A DNA stretch of 64,000 nt from Ascidiella aspersa (GCA_963924565.1 OZ004609.1:33170001-33234000); one strand, 5' to 3'; counted from the first letter of the stretch, positions 39,342-52,700 are shown. Numbers and translations: made by a program. The notes: generated by a model from the letters alone, not told the origin.

Positions 39342-39576
39342 GCGCTCTTTCACTTATGTACGTGAAAAGTTATGCAAAAAACAAAACAAAATAATACCGC
39401 ATACCACAACGCATATTGTTTGGGTTAGGGTTAGCGTTTGGGTGAGTCAAGTAATATTATGTTTATTATTATTAATAACTTGACGCACCCCTAACCCAAA
39501 CAATATGCGTTGTGGTAAGCGGCATTTGAAAGTTTTTTTTTATATTAATTTTCACTTACATTAGTGAAAGAGCGCT
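39342..39576. mobile_element. Hairpin MITE with telomere-like GGGTTAGGGTTAG core
   Basis: GCGCTCTTTCACTTATGTA / TACATTAGTGAAAGAGCGC ends; internal palindrome ATACCACAACGCATATTGTTTGGGTTAGGG / CCCTAACCCAAACAATATGCGTTGTGGTA. Confidence 0.75.
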
Positions 39577-39627
39577 GAGCGCCCAATAGTCAACCTGACA
39601 TTTTTTTAAGTATGCAATGGGCCTAAC

Positions 39628-39933
39628 CAGTGCTTTAACTGCCGCATACCACAACGCATATTGTTTGGGTTAGCGTTTCGGCGTGAGGGTGGGTCAAGTT
39701 ATTATTAACAATAAACATAATATTACTTGACCCACCCTCACCCAAACGCTAACCCGCACCCTAACCCAAACAATATGCGTTGTGGTATGCGGTATTATTT
39801 TGTTTTGTTTTTTGCATAACTTTTCACGTACATAAGTGAAAGAGCGGCCAACTTTTTAGTATTTAAATGAAACACTTGCGGTCTCTTGAAACTACTTAGC
39901 GGTCACCCAAACCAAACCTTAAAAAAAACCCTG
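39628..39933. mobile_element. Chimaeric hAT MITE containing an inverted copy of the neighbouring hairpin element
   Basis: CAGTG...CCCTG termini; perfect TSD GGCCTAAC (39620-39627, 39934-39941). 39641-39847 is an inverted relative of 39340-39522; 39849-39933 matches 6477-6559. Confidence 0.75.
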
Positions 39934-40618
39934 GGCCTAACAAAAAAACACGACCGTTAAAGTTGTAATGCAAAAATAAAACACAATAAAGAAATGGTAA
40001 TTAATCATTTCAAACAAATAAAGTAAGTTTTGCAATCTCAAGTTGCTTAACTTAATTTCTGTAAAAAAATCATGTGTTTACATTTGAAAATCCAATGATC
40101 GAAACAGTTGGACAACGTTATAGAGTCCTTACAATCTTATTGGTTTGTTCTAAAATGGCAACCGCAGCGAATAGGCTACGACTCTATATCTGTGTGTGCT
40201 GTTCGAGAATTAAGCAGCTTTTGTCTCGCCGTGTACAATCTATTTTAGATAAATAACATAATAAATGTTTTAGTTTAGTCTCTTGTTGTTCTTCTTTGTT
40301 CCTGCCTTTATCAAAACTAAAGTACAAACAGTAGATGGTAGGTAACCAACGAAATGTGCCACAATACAATTTAACAATTATCTGGAAATGCACATGACAG
40401 ACAAGAAAGGCCAATTTTCTCCCGAACTAAATTCACATTGTTGTATTTCTAAGAAAACAACAGTTATCTTAGTATATTTCTGCATACATGAATAAATAGA
40501 TTTCCAGTTTGATGCAGCAAAATGACAGTTTCGTAGCCTACAAGTAAAATACTGCGAAATCAGACGAAATAAAGCGTTTTATTTACAAAGGTTGGCACAT
40601 GATTGAACCCAAGTGAAC

Positions 40619-43600
40619 TCAGAACGTTGAATCATCATACGTAATGCGAATGTAATAATTCCAATAGATACAATTAAAAATGACAAAAGACGCAAAATAA
40701 AATATGCGAAAGTAAATCTCGATTAGCTCATATTTCTCGATTCGGCTGCATTTTCGTCGTTTCTTCGTCGTTGTGGTTTGAAATTCTTTTTTCTAAAATA
40801 CACATTTTTATTGCTGCAATCGAAGAATTAAGATAATATTTTTTTGGTAAATTCGGGATTTTATTTTACAAGAAAATCAAGTGTATTTGGAGACAAAAAA
40901 TAACAAAAAACATACCAAAATGTTGATTTTTTTTTATTTTCAAGCTGAAACTAAAAAAAAAAAGGCAATTAACTCAAATAGGCTTCTATCGTAAAATTAA
41001 CAAGTTACGATTTCAACAATTGTGGACATGTCAAATCTACGTGTATTTGCGTAGGGTGGTATTTTTTTTAATAAAAATTTTTTCCTGTTTTTGACTTCCA
41101 TGACATTCTTACGGCGCTTTTCGTCTACCTACAGCTAAGGCGCAGTTCTGGTTAAGTTTTTTGACCGGAGAGTTATAGCTTTCATACCGTTTGCTGTTGA
41201 CGAAAATGAATATCTCGATTGAATCCGTTTAAAAGTTCTTTCACGTCGACATCGTCGCAGAGAGTGTCTAGCGGAATCCTGAAACAACTTATAGGTTTGT
41301 GAAGGCATTTGTTGGAAGCCGATTTAATTTGTTTTTAGAACAAATCTGTTTTAAATAGTTGGCAAAGTTAACGTGTTTTTTGTGAACTTTTTAAAGTTAT
41401 AAATTTATTTATTTAAGCGCAATAGGTTACCAAAATAAGAGCCTAAAGACTTATTTTATTTCTTAAAATTTTCGTTTAGATTGTCAAAAACCCAAAGCTC
41501 GGTCTGAATCGGGTTAAAATTGATTTAAGCGTTTCACAAATTATGTCTTCGTTACCAAACGGAAGTTATAGTTTAACGTCGTACAAATAAAAAACAATGC
41601 TGAGCAACAAACCGTGTCATGTCACTACACGTTCCATTACTGCTGGTCGAAGCACTTTTGCGTATCTAAGAACATAATATATATCAGTTATTTTTTTTTA
41701 TAAAACCATTGTTCATTAGTTCGTGTTGTAATACGGAAACCCGTAAACCCCTTTTAAGCCAATAGTTTACAAGAAAACTCCTTTGACTTTTATAATGACA
41801 GTTTCTATCTAACCAACAAGGAAAGGTTTCAGAAAGAATTTGCAATTTAAGGTCAAAGCAGGAATACTTTGTTTTGAGAAAAGTGGCACGCTTCCTAAGA
41901 CTTCCCTTGAAGGTAAGTCCTACAAACAGCTAAAGAAACAGTAAAAATATTATACGATTTTACCAAATGTAATGCTCTTTATCTGTAAACGCAGCCGTTG
42001 GAACTCACCATTTTCAAGCGGCGAATATTACGCTTCGTCATGATGTAATTGAAGATACAGAATTCCAGTACGGTTGAGAATATAAAAAGGAAACAGATCC
42101 ACAGGTAAATGTCCATTGCTGTCAAATAGGAAACCTTAAAATATGGAGAGATGTTTAGTAATCTTGTAAGGCTAATGTCGTAAGGCGGTTATTTTAGTAA
42201 AGTGTGTATACTCTTTGTTCATAGTTCGCATTCACATTTTATAGCTGTTTTAATATTTTGTATTTTAGGAAAAATAAGATGTAATTCCAAGCGTTCTAGG
42301 TTAGTTAAACTGTATGCTATTAGTTTTTAAAAACCGATAGAAAACAAACGAATTATCAGCAAGGTTAACGTTCGGGTCAGTAAATAAACATGTTGCTAAT
42401 TGTTTATTTTTTAATTTTAAGCAAAATAGTTTAATATTAAAACTAATATGCTGTGTTTTATTTTTTTGAAGTCTTGCATAATTTCTACTATAACAGGGAC
42501 TCTAATAGGTATTCGCGTTTTTTTGGGACTTTTACCAAATTAATTTTCCCACCTTTGGAAGAGATGTCTTTAAACCAGTGATAATGGTAGATAGAGTCAA
42601 AACTGAAGTCACACCTGTAAAACAAGAGCGCGTTCTTTACACTACTTTTAATAACAAAGCAAAAACTACCCTAATGTTGAATACTTTACTGAAGGCACAG
42701 CAGGCCATAGCGTGTAAGTACTGTTCAGTTGTAATTGATTATCGAAAAACTAGATATGTTTTTTTTTTCAAAGATAAAAGTCTAAATAGTAAAGATTTTG
42801 ACCTCTGGTAATCTCAGAGTTCGTGTTGTTAATCGTTCATGATATGTAGTTCGGCCTAGCTTAAGACACACACTTAAGCGAATTATTTCATGTGTGTAAA
42901 TTCAACAGAAGCATATTAGGTTCCAGTTGTGAATTTCTATCCATAAACGGACAAGTACCCATTTTTACGACATTTTGTTCTATACCTTAATGTTGCAAGC
43001 GATAAATATTAGGTTATCCTGAGGTTATTTTGGATGACTTAGTGTAAATTGGGTTTTACTTTGACGCAATCTATTGGCCGAGTGGCTTTTATAATCACAG
43101 TATAGCTAAGTTATATAGAACCAAGCAGACTACAAGCCGATAAATATCGGATCGATGCCAATATCTGATTCCAGGTGCTAGTATCGGTACTTGCCGGTAC
43201 AGTATCGGTACTTGATACCAAATTATTACAGAAATTTGAGCCAATATTTGCTCCAAACTCAGCTATTGTTCTTTAAAAGGTAAATTTATCTAAAAATGGT
43301 ATTTAACATCTTGAGGTATATAAACTTATTTACGCTCAAGCAATTTTGATCCTAACAATCTGCATTAAATACTTTGAAACTTTCGATATTATCTAGTATG
43401 CTCGGTTTACCATTGTAATGAAGTCAATTAGTATCGGATCGGCACTTTTGGTCCAAAATATCGGGTATCGAAATCGGTATGACATGCTAAGTACCGATCA
43501 TCCCTACTTACAAGCGAAAGTCTGCTTAAAGTAAAGGAGATTGATGCCCTCGTTTTTAATTGGGGGATCCAAATCGACCCAGCTTAACCATTCTTTTTCG

Positions 43601-46600
43601 ATGTGTGGTTTTACCAGTAGCTGCGGCGTGTCGAGCGATACAAACCACGTGTGAGCTTCATTGGAAGCTTGTTTTATCGTTCATTGAAAGGTTATTGGAA
43701 GCTTGTTTTATCGATTTGGTGGTTCGCCAGGCTACTTTTTTCTTCGGTTTATCGACCAGTGATTTAACAAGTGTTAAAATATTTTCGCTCAGCGCCTTGC
43801 TCATAAAATATTCAAGAGAATAGGCTAGGGGCCCTCAGTTGTATTTTAAGCGCCATTGATTGCTGAATGACGTGTTGCAGAAGATCATAAAGCGTTTTAA
43901 ACTGTTTGTTTTAATTTCCATAAAATATCGCAAACAATCCTTTATTTTTAATGTCCGAAACGATTAACAGAACTTATAGTTTTTTGTGAGTATATATTGT
44001 ACGATGCAGCTATTTTGCAGTGTATTTGCTAACCGTTAAAATATTATCGATTTTTTTAACGCAGTAAACCTTGAATATTACCTATGACTATGGCTGAATC
44101 TAGATATGTTAAACTGATAAAAACTATAGTCAATGATACCCATTAAACATGCTAATTATCTAGATTATATTCGCTAGTCGTTTGGCTCAAGTTCATAAAT
44201 GGGATGATTCATCAAGCTCTCTTTGAAAGTCTATAGAAGTTGCGTTTTGATCGATTTTCCGATCGCTTGCATATTAGCAGAGGGCGTGAGATAATCCCAC
44301 GGGATGATTTATTTACATTGAGACAGCGCTCGGCTCCACTGCGCAAACTACACAGCAAACTAAACTCGTAATATTAAAACCAAATATATGTTTTTGCAAA
44401 CATGAACAAAAATTTTTACAATGCCTAATTACTTATTTTTTTAATTGTGCTTGTATGAGTCATATTTTAAATATAAAGGATATGATTCAAAACATATTTT
44501 ATGCGTGGCCCTAGAACTTCGTTTAAGATTCACTAGGAAATCAGGGTCCTTGTTTTCCATATTTGACCGTTGAACTTAACCAGTGTTGTAATTATGGCGA
44601 CGTGGTACAGTTGTGCTGGATATTCATATACAATACCCGGGCTAGTGAATTTATAAATAAAAAATGGTCCTTTTGGGTGATATACTGTCCTGTTGACGTA
44701 CGATTTTGGCCAAAAGAATGTGTAAAGCGATTCTTGGGCGGTCACAAGTTAAGGAATACAGTCGGGACATAATACCGGGCCAGCATTACTATTTCTGTCC
44801 CCTTTAACCAGGAAGTGAATCACGGCTTATACGGGTTCTTTAAAGTTAAACAACATGAATTTTAACTTATTAAAAAATAAATTGATACTTTATAAGACAA
44901 TCCAATGTAGCCTACTAAGGACATCACTAGACAAACCTGGTCTAAAACTGAAATTTCTACCAACATTTTCTATACCTGGTCCTTTAAACTCTAAAAAAGA
45001 TTCCAATTATCTTAGCCTATTTACTTATAGCGACTCGTGCAGGGACTGATCTTGGATCCACCCACATCCCCAGTCCTGCCAGAACCACCATGGCCATGCC
45101 AAGAAAGTAGGACTGGAAGAACACCGAAAGTAAATAACGCTTGAAGAAAAAGTTGATGCTGAGCTGCGAAACCTCAACCGTCCCATCTGAAAAGTATCCA
45201 GTTCGATTCGATTTAATGCAATTCATTTCAATTTCTATTCTATTTAATGTAGTTTATTTCAATTTCGACTCAATTTATTGTAGTGCATTTCTAATTTCTA
45301 TTCAATATAATGTACTTCATTTCCATTTTCCATATAACTTAATGTAGTTTATTTCCAATTTCTATTCAATGTAATATACTTCATTTCCATTTTCCATATA
45401 ATTTAATGTAGTTCATTTCCAATTTCCATTCAATTTAATGTAATCACTTAAAAATTAAAGTGACCTAAACAAATCTGAATATTACACTATTATTCTGTAT
45501 TTTCGAATTTTTTTAGAAATTAAATGTAAAGGTAAAATAATTGTGTTTTTAATTTAAATATATTATTTACAGATATTCAATAAGTCGATGTAGTAAACAA
45601 AATATTTCGAAAAACAAAATATAATTTAATTAGTAAAAGATCAGAAGTTAGATTGTAACCGCAAAAAAAAAGTGGTTTTGAAAACTTAGTTATTCAATTT
45701 TAAACCACGCATTCTTCAGACAGCGTGTACAGCTGGAAAGAGATTGTGAAACATTTGAAACAAGGGGTTTACCAGCCAAGCTTTGCAGTTCCGCACACTT
45801 GACTAGATACTCGTGATACTGGTAGGAGAGCAGCCGAAACTTGGGCATGTTTCTCACGAGTCTGTCGTTCATGAACAGCGATCCAGAAGTATTCCAGCTC
45901 AGCTGAACCTCGTTAGAGTTGTAGCCCACTATGACGTCATAAAACTGTTATGTTTTGTTTGTATTTAAAATTTCAACAATAGAATGATAGGCTGCAAAGG
46001 CGTAAAGTATTTGCTTTTTTTATACTCATTATGTAATTAATAGTAATGTACTATTAAACTGTAGAGGCAAATTGAATTAAAGAGCATTCAAAGTAACAAT
46101 ATAAACACTAATGATTTACAAAAAGAATGGCCGGACAACGAGGTGATTACCAATTAATTATTTTAATTTTTACGCTACCAAAAATTTATGTGTCGATTGG
46201 TTTTAAATATGGTAAAGAATTATGAGGTTCTGCACTGAAAGTCACGTAAACTTAAACATTGAAGGACGCTTTTATAAAGTCCGTCGAAACGTATCTTTGT
46301 ATAGAGTTTTTACGAAACGTATCTTCTATTGTCACCATCAGCGAATAGAAAGGTCAACTTACAGCTTTGCAGGAGGACCGAGCAGTTCTCGGTGTCTAGA
46401 GGAAATTTGTAAAGATCCATCTGGCACGCTACTGTTGTCGTCAACCTACAAAGAAGCATTGTTACAGTTTGAAGTAAATTGTTACATTTCGTACAGTGCA
46501 ATTTAAATCTAAAGATTTTGTTTTAGCCATGCTGAACGTTAAACAAGCATAGAGCATGGTTTTGTAATTTATGGCCTTGTTGAGATAACAAAATTAAACC

Positions 46601-49600
46601 CAAAGTATACTTATTTTAAAATGTCAAAAATTTAATTTGTTGTTTTCCTATATTTTCTTACCAGATGACATTAAAATTAATCACGTCGTAATGGTGAACG
46701 GAGGTTATGGGTCTGGATATAAAAGTTTGGGGACAACTGGTTTTACCAATCAAATTATACGTGACTATTTATTTACTTGACGTTGTAGAATATCCTTCCA
46801 TTCTTGTAGAGGCGTAAAACCGTGTTGTCTACCGTCGTTTTATGAATGAATGAGTACTTCGAACCCACGATGTACAGATCTAACAAAAATGTGAAATTTT
46901 GCGATAATTATTACGCGAAAGCATGCCGTACGAATTTCAATAGGAATTTCCACATAGGTATTTTGACTATGTAAAGTTTTCGAATGTTACTTTATCGAAA
47001 CACCAATAATGAAAATAAAGTATTAAAGTGTTATTGTGGCATGATGCTCTTAGTGAGACTAACAAACTTTTGGAATTTAGATCAATAAGAGAATGCATTC
47101 AGATTTTGTTTATTGTAAACAAAAATTCTCGATTTATATAAAAAGAATCATAAAAAATGTATGGAAACACCAAAACGAGATTTTGTTTATGTTTTTCATG
47201 TTATACAAAATTATGATTTTTTTCTATCCCGACCTGGCACCCATATTTTGCGCAGTAGTCGACTCGGTAAGACAATAGACTCGACACTGTCGCCATTGAA
47301 GCGTAACCGCTCGTCATACCACGTTTCATGGATACACAAGGTGAACGTCAGGTCCTGAAGAAGCAAAAGAAAAAAATACTAAAAACAAAACAACATAAAA
47401 GCCAAATAAGCAACTAAGGTGCACTGTGGTATAAATCAGTCGTAGGTTGATTTACTAATATAATTTGTTTAAAATTTATTTTTAAATATTTTTTATTTTC
47501 ATTTATTTATTTTTTCAAGTATATATTTTCTATTTAATATTTGTAGGCATGTTTCATACAGTTTTAATTAGTTAAGGTTTGTAAAATCGAGGTAGAAAAG
47601 CTAGACAGAATTTGATATCGTTAGATGGGTCCGTAATGATGCCAACTAGACACTTAATAAAAAGCAATTGGCCAGCCGCCATATTGATTTTTTATTATTC
47701 CCCGGCATAAATCAAATCAAAACTTAAATATTGGTTTTGTAACAGTCGGAATCGATAGAGGCTTCCGCACTTGAAGTTGTGCGCTCGTGGCTTGAGAAAA
47801 AATGCAACTATTGCAGACCCTTGGCAAACTGAGACCTGTTTAGCAACTTAATTCGGTACAGGGTAACTTTTTATAAAACGTTCTTCAAGCCCATACAGAA
47901 GTAGCTATCATATTATTTATATTCAACACATCTACTTCTGTGTGGGCTTTTATACTCTTACTACGTCTTACAACCTCCAATCAATTAAGTTCCACAAAGT
48001 TTTTAAAGCGAATTAATCTTTTACGATTATTATATTAATTTATAATATTCGTTTGAATAAATTGCCCTTTCAAGGCATCCTTATTATTCCTAATAGTATA
48101 CCTGCTGTTCAAAACCATAGGATATATTTATAGTTTTCTTTACAAATAATATCCGTCCCGCCGAGACATTTTTTGTTTGTCATGCGGCACCTGTCAAAAA
48201 TAATTGCCCACCTCTGAACAATTGCAACAACATCACTAAAGAGGTGACGTTTTTAAAGCAGGTTGTTAGAAATGTCCAAGCACCAAAAAACTTTTACACT
48301 TCCGTGCGGTTATTTCTAAAAACAAAAGTTGTAACCAGGTGTCAAGAAGAGCGCCACGTTCCAATCACCTGTCTCAACTGATTTTACCTTTGCCTGGATT
48401 TGCGATGTTGATACGCATTTCAGGAGTTCGAGAGGTACCGAGTCGCAAGTTGACAAATAGACGTTTTGCCTATATGTAGGGTAGGAGTTTTGGACCACTG
48501 AAATATTTTTGGTTTTGCGTGGGCCAATGAATGACGTCATAAAACTAACAGACTTAAACATGGTGTTTTTGTTGACGCGCCAACTGGAGTTCAGTCTAAA
48601 TACATTAAAAAATAATGCACCATTTTTTTTAAATAACCGCCTTTCTTTTGAACAACTTCCTTGGGATGTTAAATTATACACTAAAATCACATTTAGGCCT
48701 TCGTGAATCCTCTAAAGCTAACTCACGTAACTCCTGAGGACCCATAAAACACTTCTGGACGAATGTAGCACCCTATCGCTAACTTAAAATACTGCACCTG
48801 GATTGACAAGGAGAAAATAAGGCAAAAGCCGAAGGGGTATTGTAATTAAGGTTGAGTCGTTTTTTACCGATTGCGGGCCACCAACTCACCATGTTTTTCT
48901 CACTGATGTCCGTGATGCTTTCGATCATCAGGGAGACCTGAACTTTTACGGGCTGGCCTAAAACACAAAGAATATCGATCGTTAAGCATGTGGTCTACCA
49001 CAAAAGACTGTATGTTATCATTTACATGTGGACATTAGTAATTTGTGATACTGCGGTGACCAGTTGTTACAAATATAAAAAATATAAACAACAAACAACA
49101 AATACAAACAAAACAAGAAATATAAACAAAACGCTAGATGTCGAAGCTAAAATTGATTTATCAACTTTTAAATAGTAATGACGTCATGTGTTTTCGGATC
49201 GAATAGCGATACTTTAATTCCAAAATACTGGTTGACGGAAGAAAATGTCAAGTATGAGCAGGTTTCTGTTGTCGATTACTCTACTCTGCTGACGCGTATA
49301 TAAACAATAAAACCGAAAGTTTAAAAACCCGAACAAAATTAAATATCAGACTTTTGTTGAAAGGACTACATGTTTTATTTGAAAAGATTTTTTTCCGTTG
49401 CAGTGTATGTACCTATTATCTTGTAATGTATTTCGACGATTCAAACATTAGTCAACCCTTGGAAATAAAGTCGCGCCCAAAGCAAGTTGCAAGGTTTTGC
49501 CGGAGAACAGGTAAATAGATTAGGTTGATATTGCCAATCGGCATGACGACTTCGTCTGATTTCTATTCGATGTGACAGGTAATTCAATTTAAACTCTGGA

Positions 49601-52600
49601 ATGGTACATTGTTTGTCAGTGAAAGCTTAGGGGTAATAATATTATGCGGTGGAAAATCTCAAAGTTTACCATTAGGTGAAAAACAGTTGAAAAGGCCAGG
49701 AGATTATCAAGATGATGTCGATCTACTCGACCGTTTTGGCTTTGAAATTCAATATCAAGTTACGAAAAACGTTTGTTAAAAGTTCGACACTGAATGTTTA
49801 CGACGTTAATCTAGCAAAACTGGTTAACCAAAATGCAACATAATAAAAAAACTGTTGAATTCCGTACGGTGCTGCGTAAATATATAAAACAATTCAAAAA
49901 CATGCAATGTTGCTGTTTTTGTAATTTTGCAAACTGCCATTGCACAACTTTTTGTACAATTAAAAATTAAAGAAAAAACGTAAGCTATATAGTTATATGC
50001 TGAGGGTAAAAAAGAGTTTAATGTATTGAAAATCACATAGACCATCTGTATTTTATTGACTTCATGGACATGATAACAAACATTTGAAGAAATAAAAAAA
50101 AACAGAGTAAAGACTATATAATATTTATTTTTTCTCAATAAGTCTTTGAACCTTTAGTTTCTGCAGGTCGTATAAACTGTCGAACAAATACGTGAAGAGA
50201 GTAATACTACCTCTTACGAAAAACTGGCAAAATTCATTCGAGTATACGCTCATAGGCACATACCGTTTACAGCGCAAGTAGAAATAACAAGATGGTGAAC
50301 CTTTTTCTTGTACATATCTTAAAATTCAAACGTTCATAACCTTTATATGAGCAGTGCCTTGGAAAGCAGTGAGTTGAAATACTTCAGGTAGGAAAGAGAT
50401 TTTTCGTAACAAAAACCCAATTTAGAAAACATACTCCGCTAAATCAGCATGCCATGCCTGATCAGACATTGGAAAATGAGAAAATCAATGCGATCGTTAA
50501 ACCATTTTACGTCGTCGAATCCTTTCATCTTATTATTTAGGTTATTGCGGAAACGGCTTTTAAAATATGCTTGTAACAAATCATAATAAGATCATAAACC
50601 AAACTTTATACTGTCACTGATATTTGGGAGGCGATAGCACAGGGATTCTTAAACTTTTTTTTACCGCTGACCCCTAAAATTTTTTTTGGCTTTGCGTGGA
50701 CCACAATAGGCAAAAACGTTTAAAAATTGCGTCATAAATTGACGTCACAATACGATTAAACTTAAATTTGTTGATTTCTGTTTAGAAAATGTGAAAGTGA
50801 AATGGAGACTAAATGTCAGTGCAAAACCATTTTGTTTGAATTAAACTGTTTTCTTTGAAAAAAATGATTACTTCTTGAATATACAATAATATTTCAATTA
50901 GGCCTTCGTGGACCACCTAAAACTAATTCATAGACCCCAAGGGGTCCATGGACCCCAGTTTTAGAACCCCTGCGATAGCAGGTAACTTGGTAAACAACAA
51001 ATAATTATCCTGTTCAGATTTTTTCTTTGTTGAACTTTAAAGCAAATATTAGGCCTCATAGTTGCATGAACTTTTAAAAGTTTAGTGAAGAGCTAGGCCA
51101 ATGTTTCTCAACCTATGGTACGCGACCTAAACTTGGGCGGTAGTTTGATTTGGTTAGGCCGCCGACTGCAGTAGTTTTATTAGGTTACATTTATTGAGTT
51201 TGGTTCTCAGCAAGATTTTTCTGAAATTTACGAAAATTGCGAAAGCAAATACGAAGACATAGTACATATTAATTCAATTTGAATTTGTTAATGATACAGC
51301 CTTATTTGTCTTATCATCACTTTACCATACGAAAAAAAATAGTCTAGATAAATGGGTCGTCAAAGCTATACGCTGTTACCCTTGGTATTTGTATCGCCGC
51401 AAAAAAGGGTTGAGAAACACTGAACTAAATCGAAAAAAGAAACCGAACATATGTTTTATCTTTTTTAACATACTTACCATTTGACTGTGGCGCAACCTAC
51501 AACCTTTTAATCGCGCGGATAACCAAATATATTTTAGACAAGGCCACAAAGCATATTTTTCACGTTATTTTAAGCTGAGTAAAAGGACAAGAACCTATTT
51601 AGTTTCTTAAAACTTTCGCGACAATTTGACAAAAGTAAAAAAATATATTTTTTGCTAGCGTTAAAGTAATATGCAACTCTTTGTAATTGTGTTTTATGAT
51701 GTTATACATTGCATATCAACCGAAGAAGTGTCATTTATAGAGATGTAACTATCTGAGGTTAATGAATATAGACACACTAGCGACCATCAAAACCGCGACC
51801 TTTTGTACAGCTAAAACAACCATCACCCTTGAGCCACGTTAAATACCACCCTGTCAAATTTAGCCCTGTGTTATGAGTTGCTTTACCCCGATTGGAAGGC
51901 CTGATGCTGAGTTCATACGAGTGCACTCGGAACATCTCCTCGATGTGTCTGGTCACTTCGGTACCATGGGCGTCCTCTTGTTCATGTCCGATGACGCCGG
52001 CGTGGTGAACTATGACGTCATCGTGATGGACTATTGTGTCGTCATCGTCTGGCGAAAGCAAATTACAGTTTTGGGCAAATATATATATTATAATAAAGTA
52101 TAACATTTAATGGTGAAAATAACGGCCCAAATCGTTTCGGCAATTTCTTTTCACCATTAAACTTATGAACAGATCCGTATACAGTGTTCCAAAGTATAAC
52201 ATCATTTTAAACATTACTTCACTTCAGTCAAAACTTGCATTAATTAAAAAAAACTTGCATTAAAGCTTATACCTTAATCCAAGTTAGTCACTAATATTGC
52301 GCAGGTAATATTAACAACAATACCTGGTACAGTGCATGAGTATTGACAATTTATTTTAGATAGAAAGTTATTCGTATATGAGCTACCAATTCCTTCGTAA
52401 GTATTTTTTTAGTTTGTTTGTCTTATCAATTCAAGCACATATTAATTCAATTGAAATATATATAATCCTTAACAATTCCGTACCGTGGCGATATTCTCCG
52501 GTGCATTCCATCCTTAAATAAAAGGTCACTATGGTGTATATCACAAAGAATCGATGCAACCTGGAAAAAACAACTTTATTTGCTTAAAATAAAACATATT

Positions 52601-52700
52601 TTAAATTTGGCCTAAACAAAAATATAAACGTATAAAAAAGTATTTCCACTTCATTGTTACAATGCAGTACTCGAGTAGAAATGAGTGTTGCTCACCCCAT
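40619..52700 (-). CDS. Cys-loop anion channel subunit, GABA-A receptor pi (GABRP)-like, about 480 aa; exons 52700-52696, 52560-52484, 52048-51887, 48957-48890, 47354-47234, 46879-46777, 46445-46363, 45928-45773, 45186-45025, 42614-42553, 42134-42009, 41665-41613, 41278-41188, 40792-40619
   Basis: Phase-consistent exons total 1443 nt. Signal peptide; Y...IRP; PV.V.V...IESI..ISE.NMD; WYDERL; IWVPDLYIVGSK; Cys-loop CQMDLYKFPLDTENC; M1; SVPARVAISVTSVLTLST (PAR motif, anion-type); LPKVSYLTAMDIYL (M3); F.IFN.IYW (M4). The two M3-M4 loop exons and the start exon are less certain. Confidence 0.9.
43140..43506. mobile_element. hAT/Ac-like element remnant with ATCGGT subrepeats (relatives near 17607-18000 and 19770-19816)
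   Basis: Ends in CATCCCTA (reverse complement TAGGGATG); many GTATCGG/CCGATAC units; segment AAAGGTAAATTTAT shared with about 17777. Left boundary uncertain. Confidence 0.5.
45211..45445. repeat. Minisatellite, about 31-32 bp unit x7
   Basis: Repeats of ATTTAATGTAGTTCATTTCCAATTTCTATTCA variants, next to the acceptor of the M1 exon. Confidence 0.8.
50640..50972. mobile_element. hAT-type MITE
   Basis: CAGGGATTCTTAAAC / GTTTTAGAACCCCTG; perfect TSD CGATAGCA (50632-50639, 50973-50980). Confidence 0.82.
51099..51422. mobile_element. hAT-type MITE, older copy
   Basis: CAATGTTTCTCAACC / GGTTGAGAAACACTG termini; TSD degenerate. Confidence 0.65.

Noticed and set aside
45211-45445. 31-32-bp repeats resembling a CRISPR array
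   Set aside because: Head-to-tail degenerate units with no unique spacers; ordinary minisatellite.
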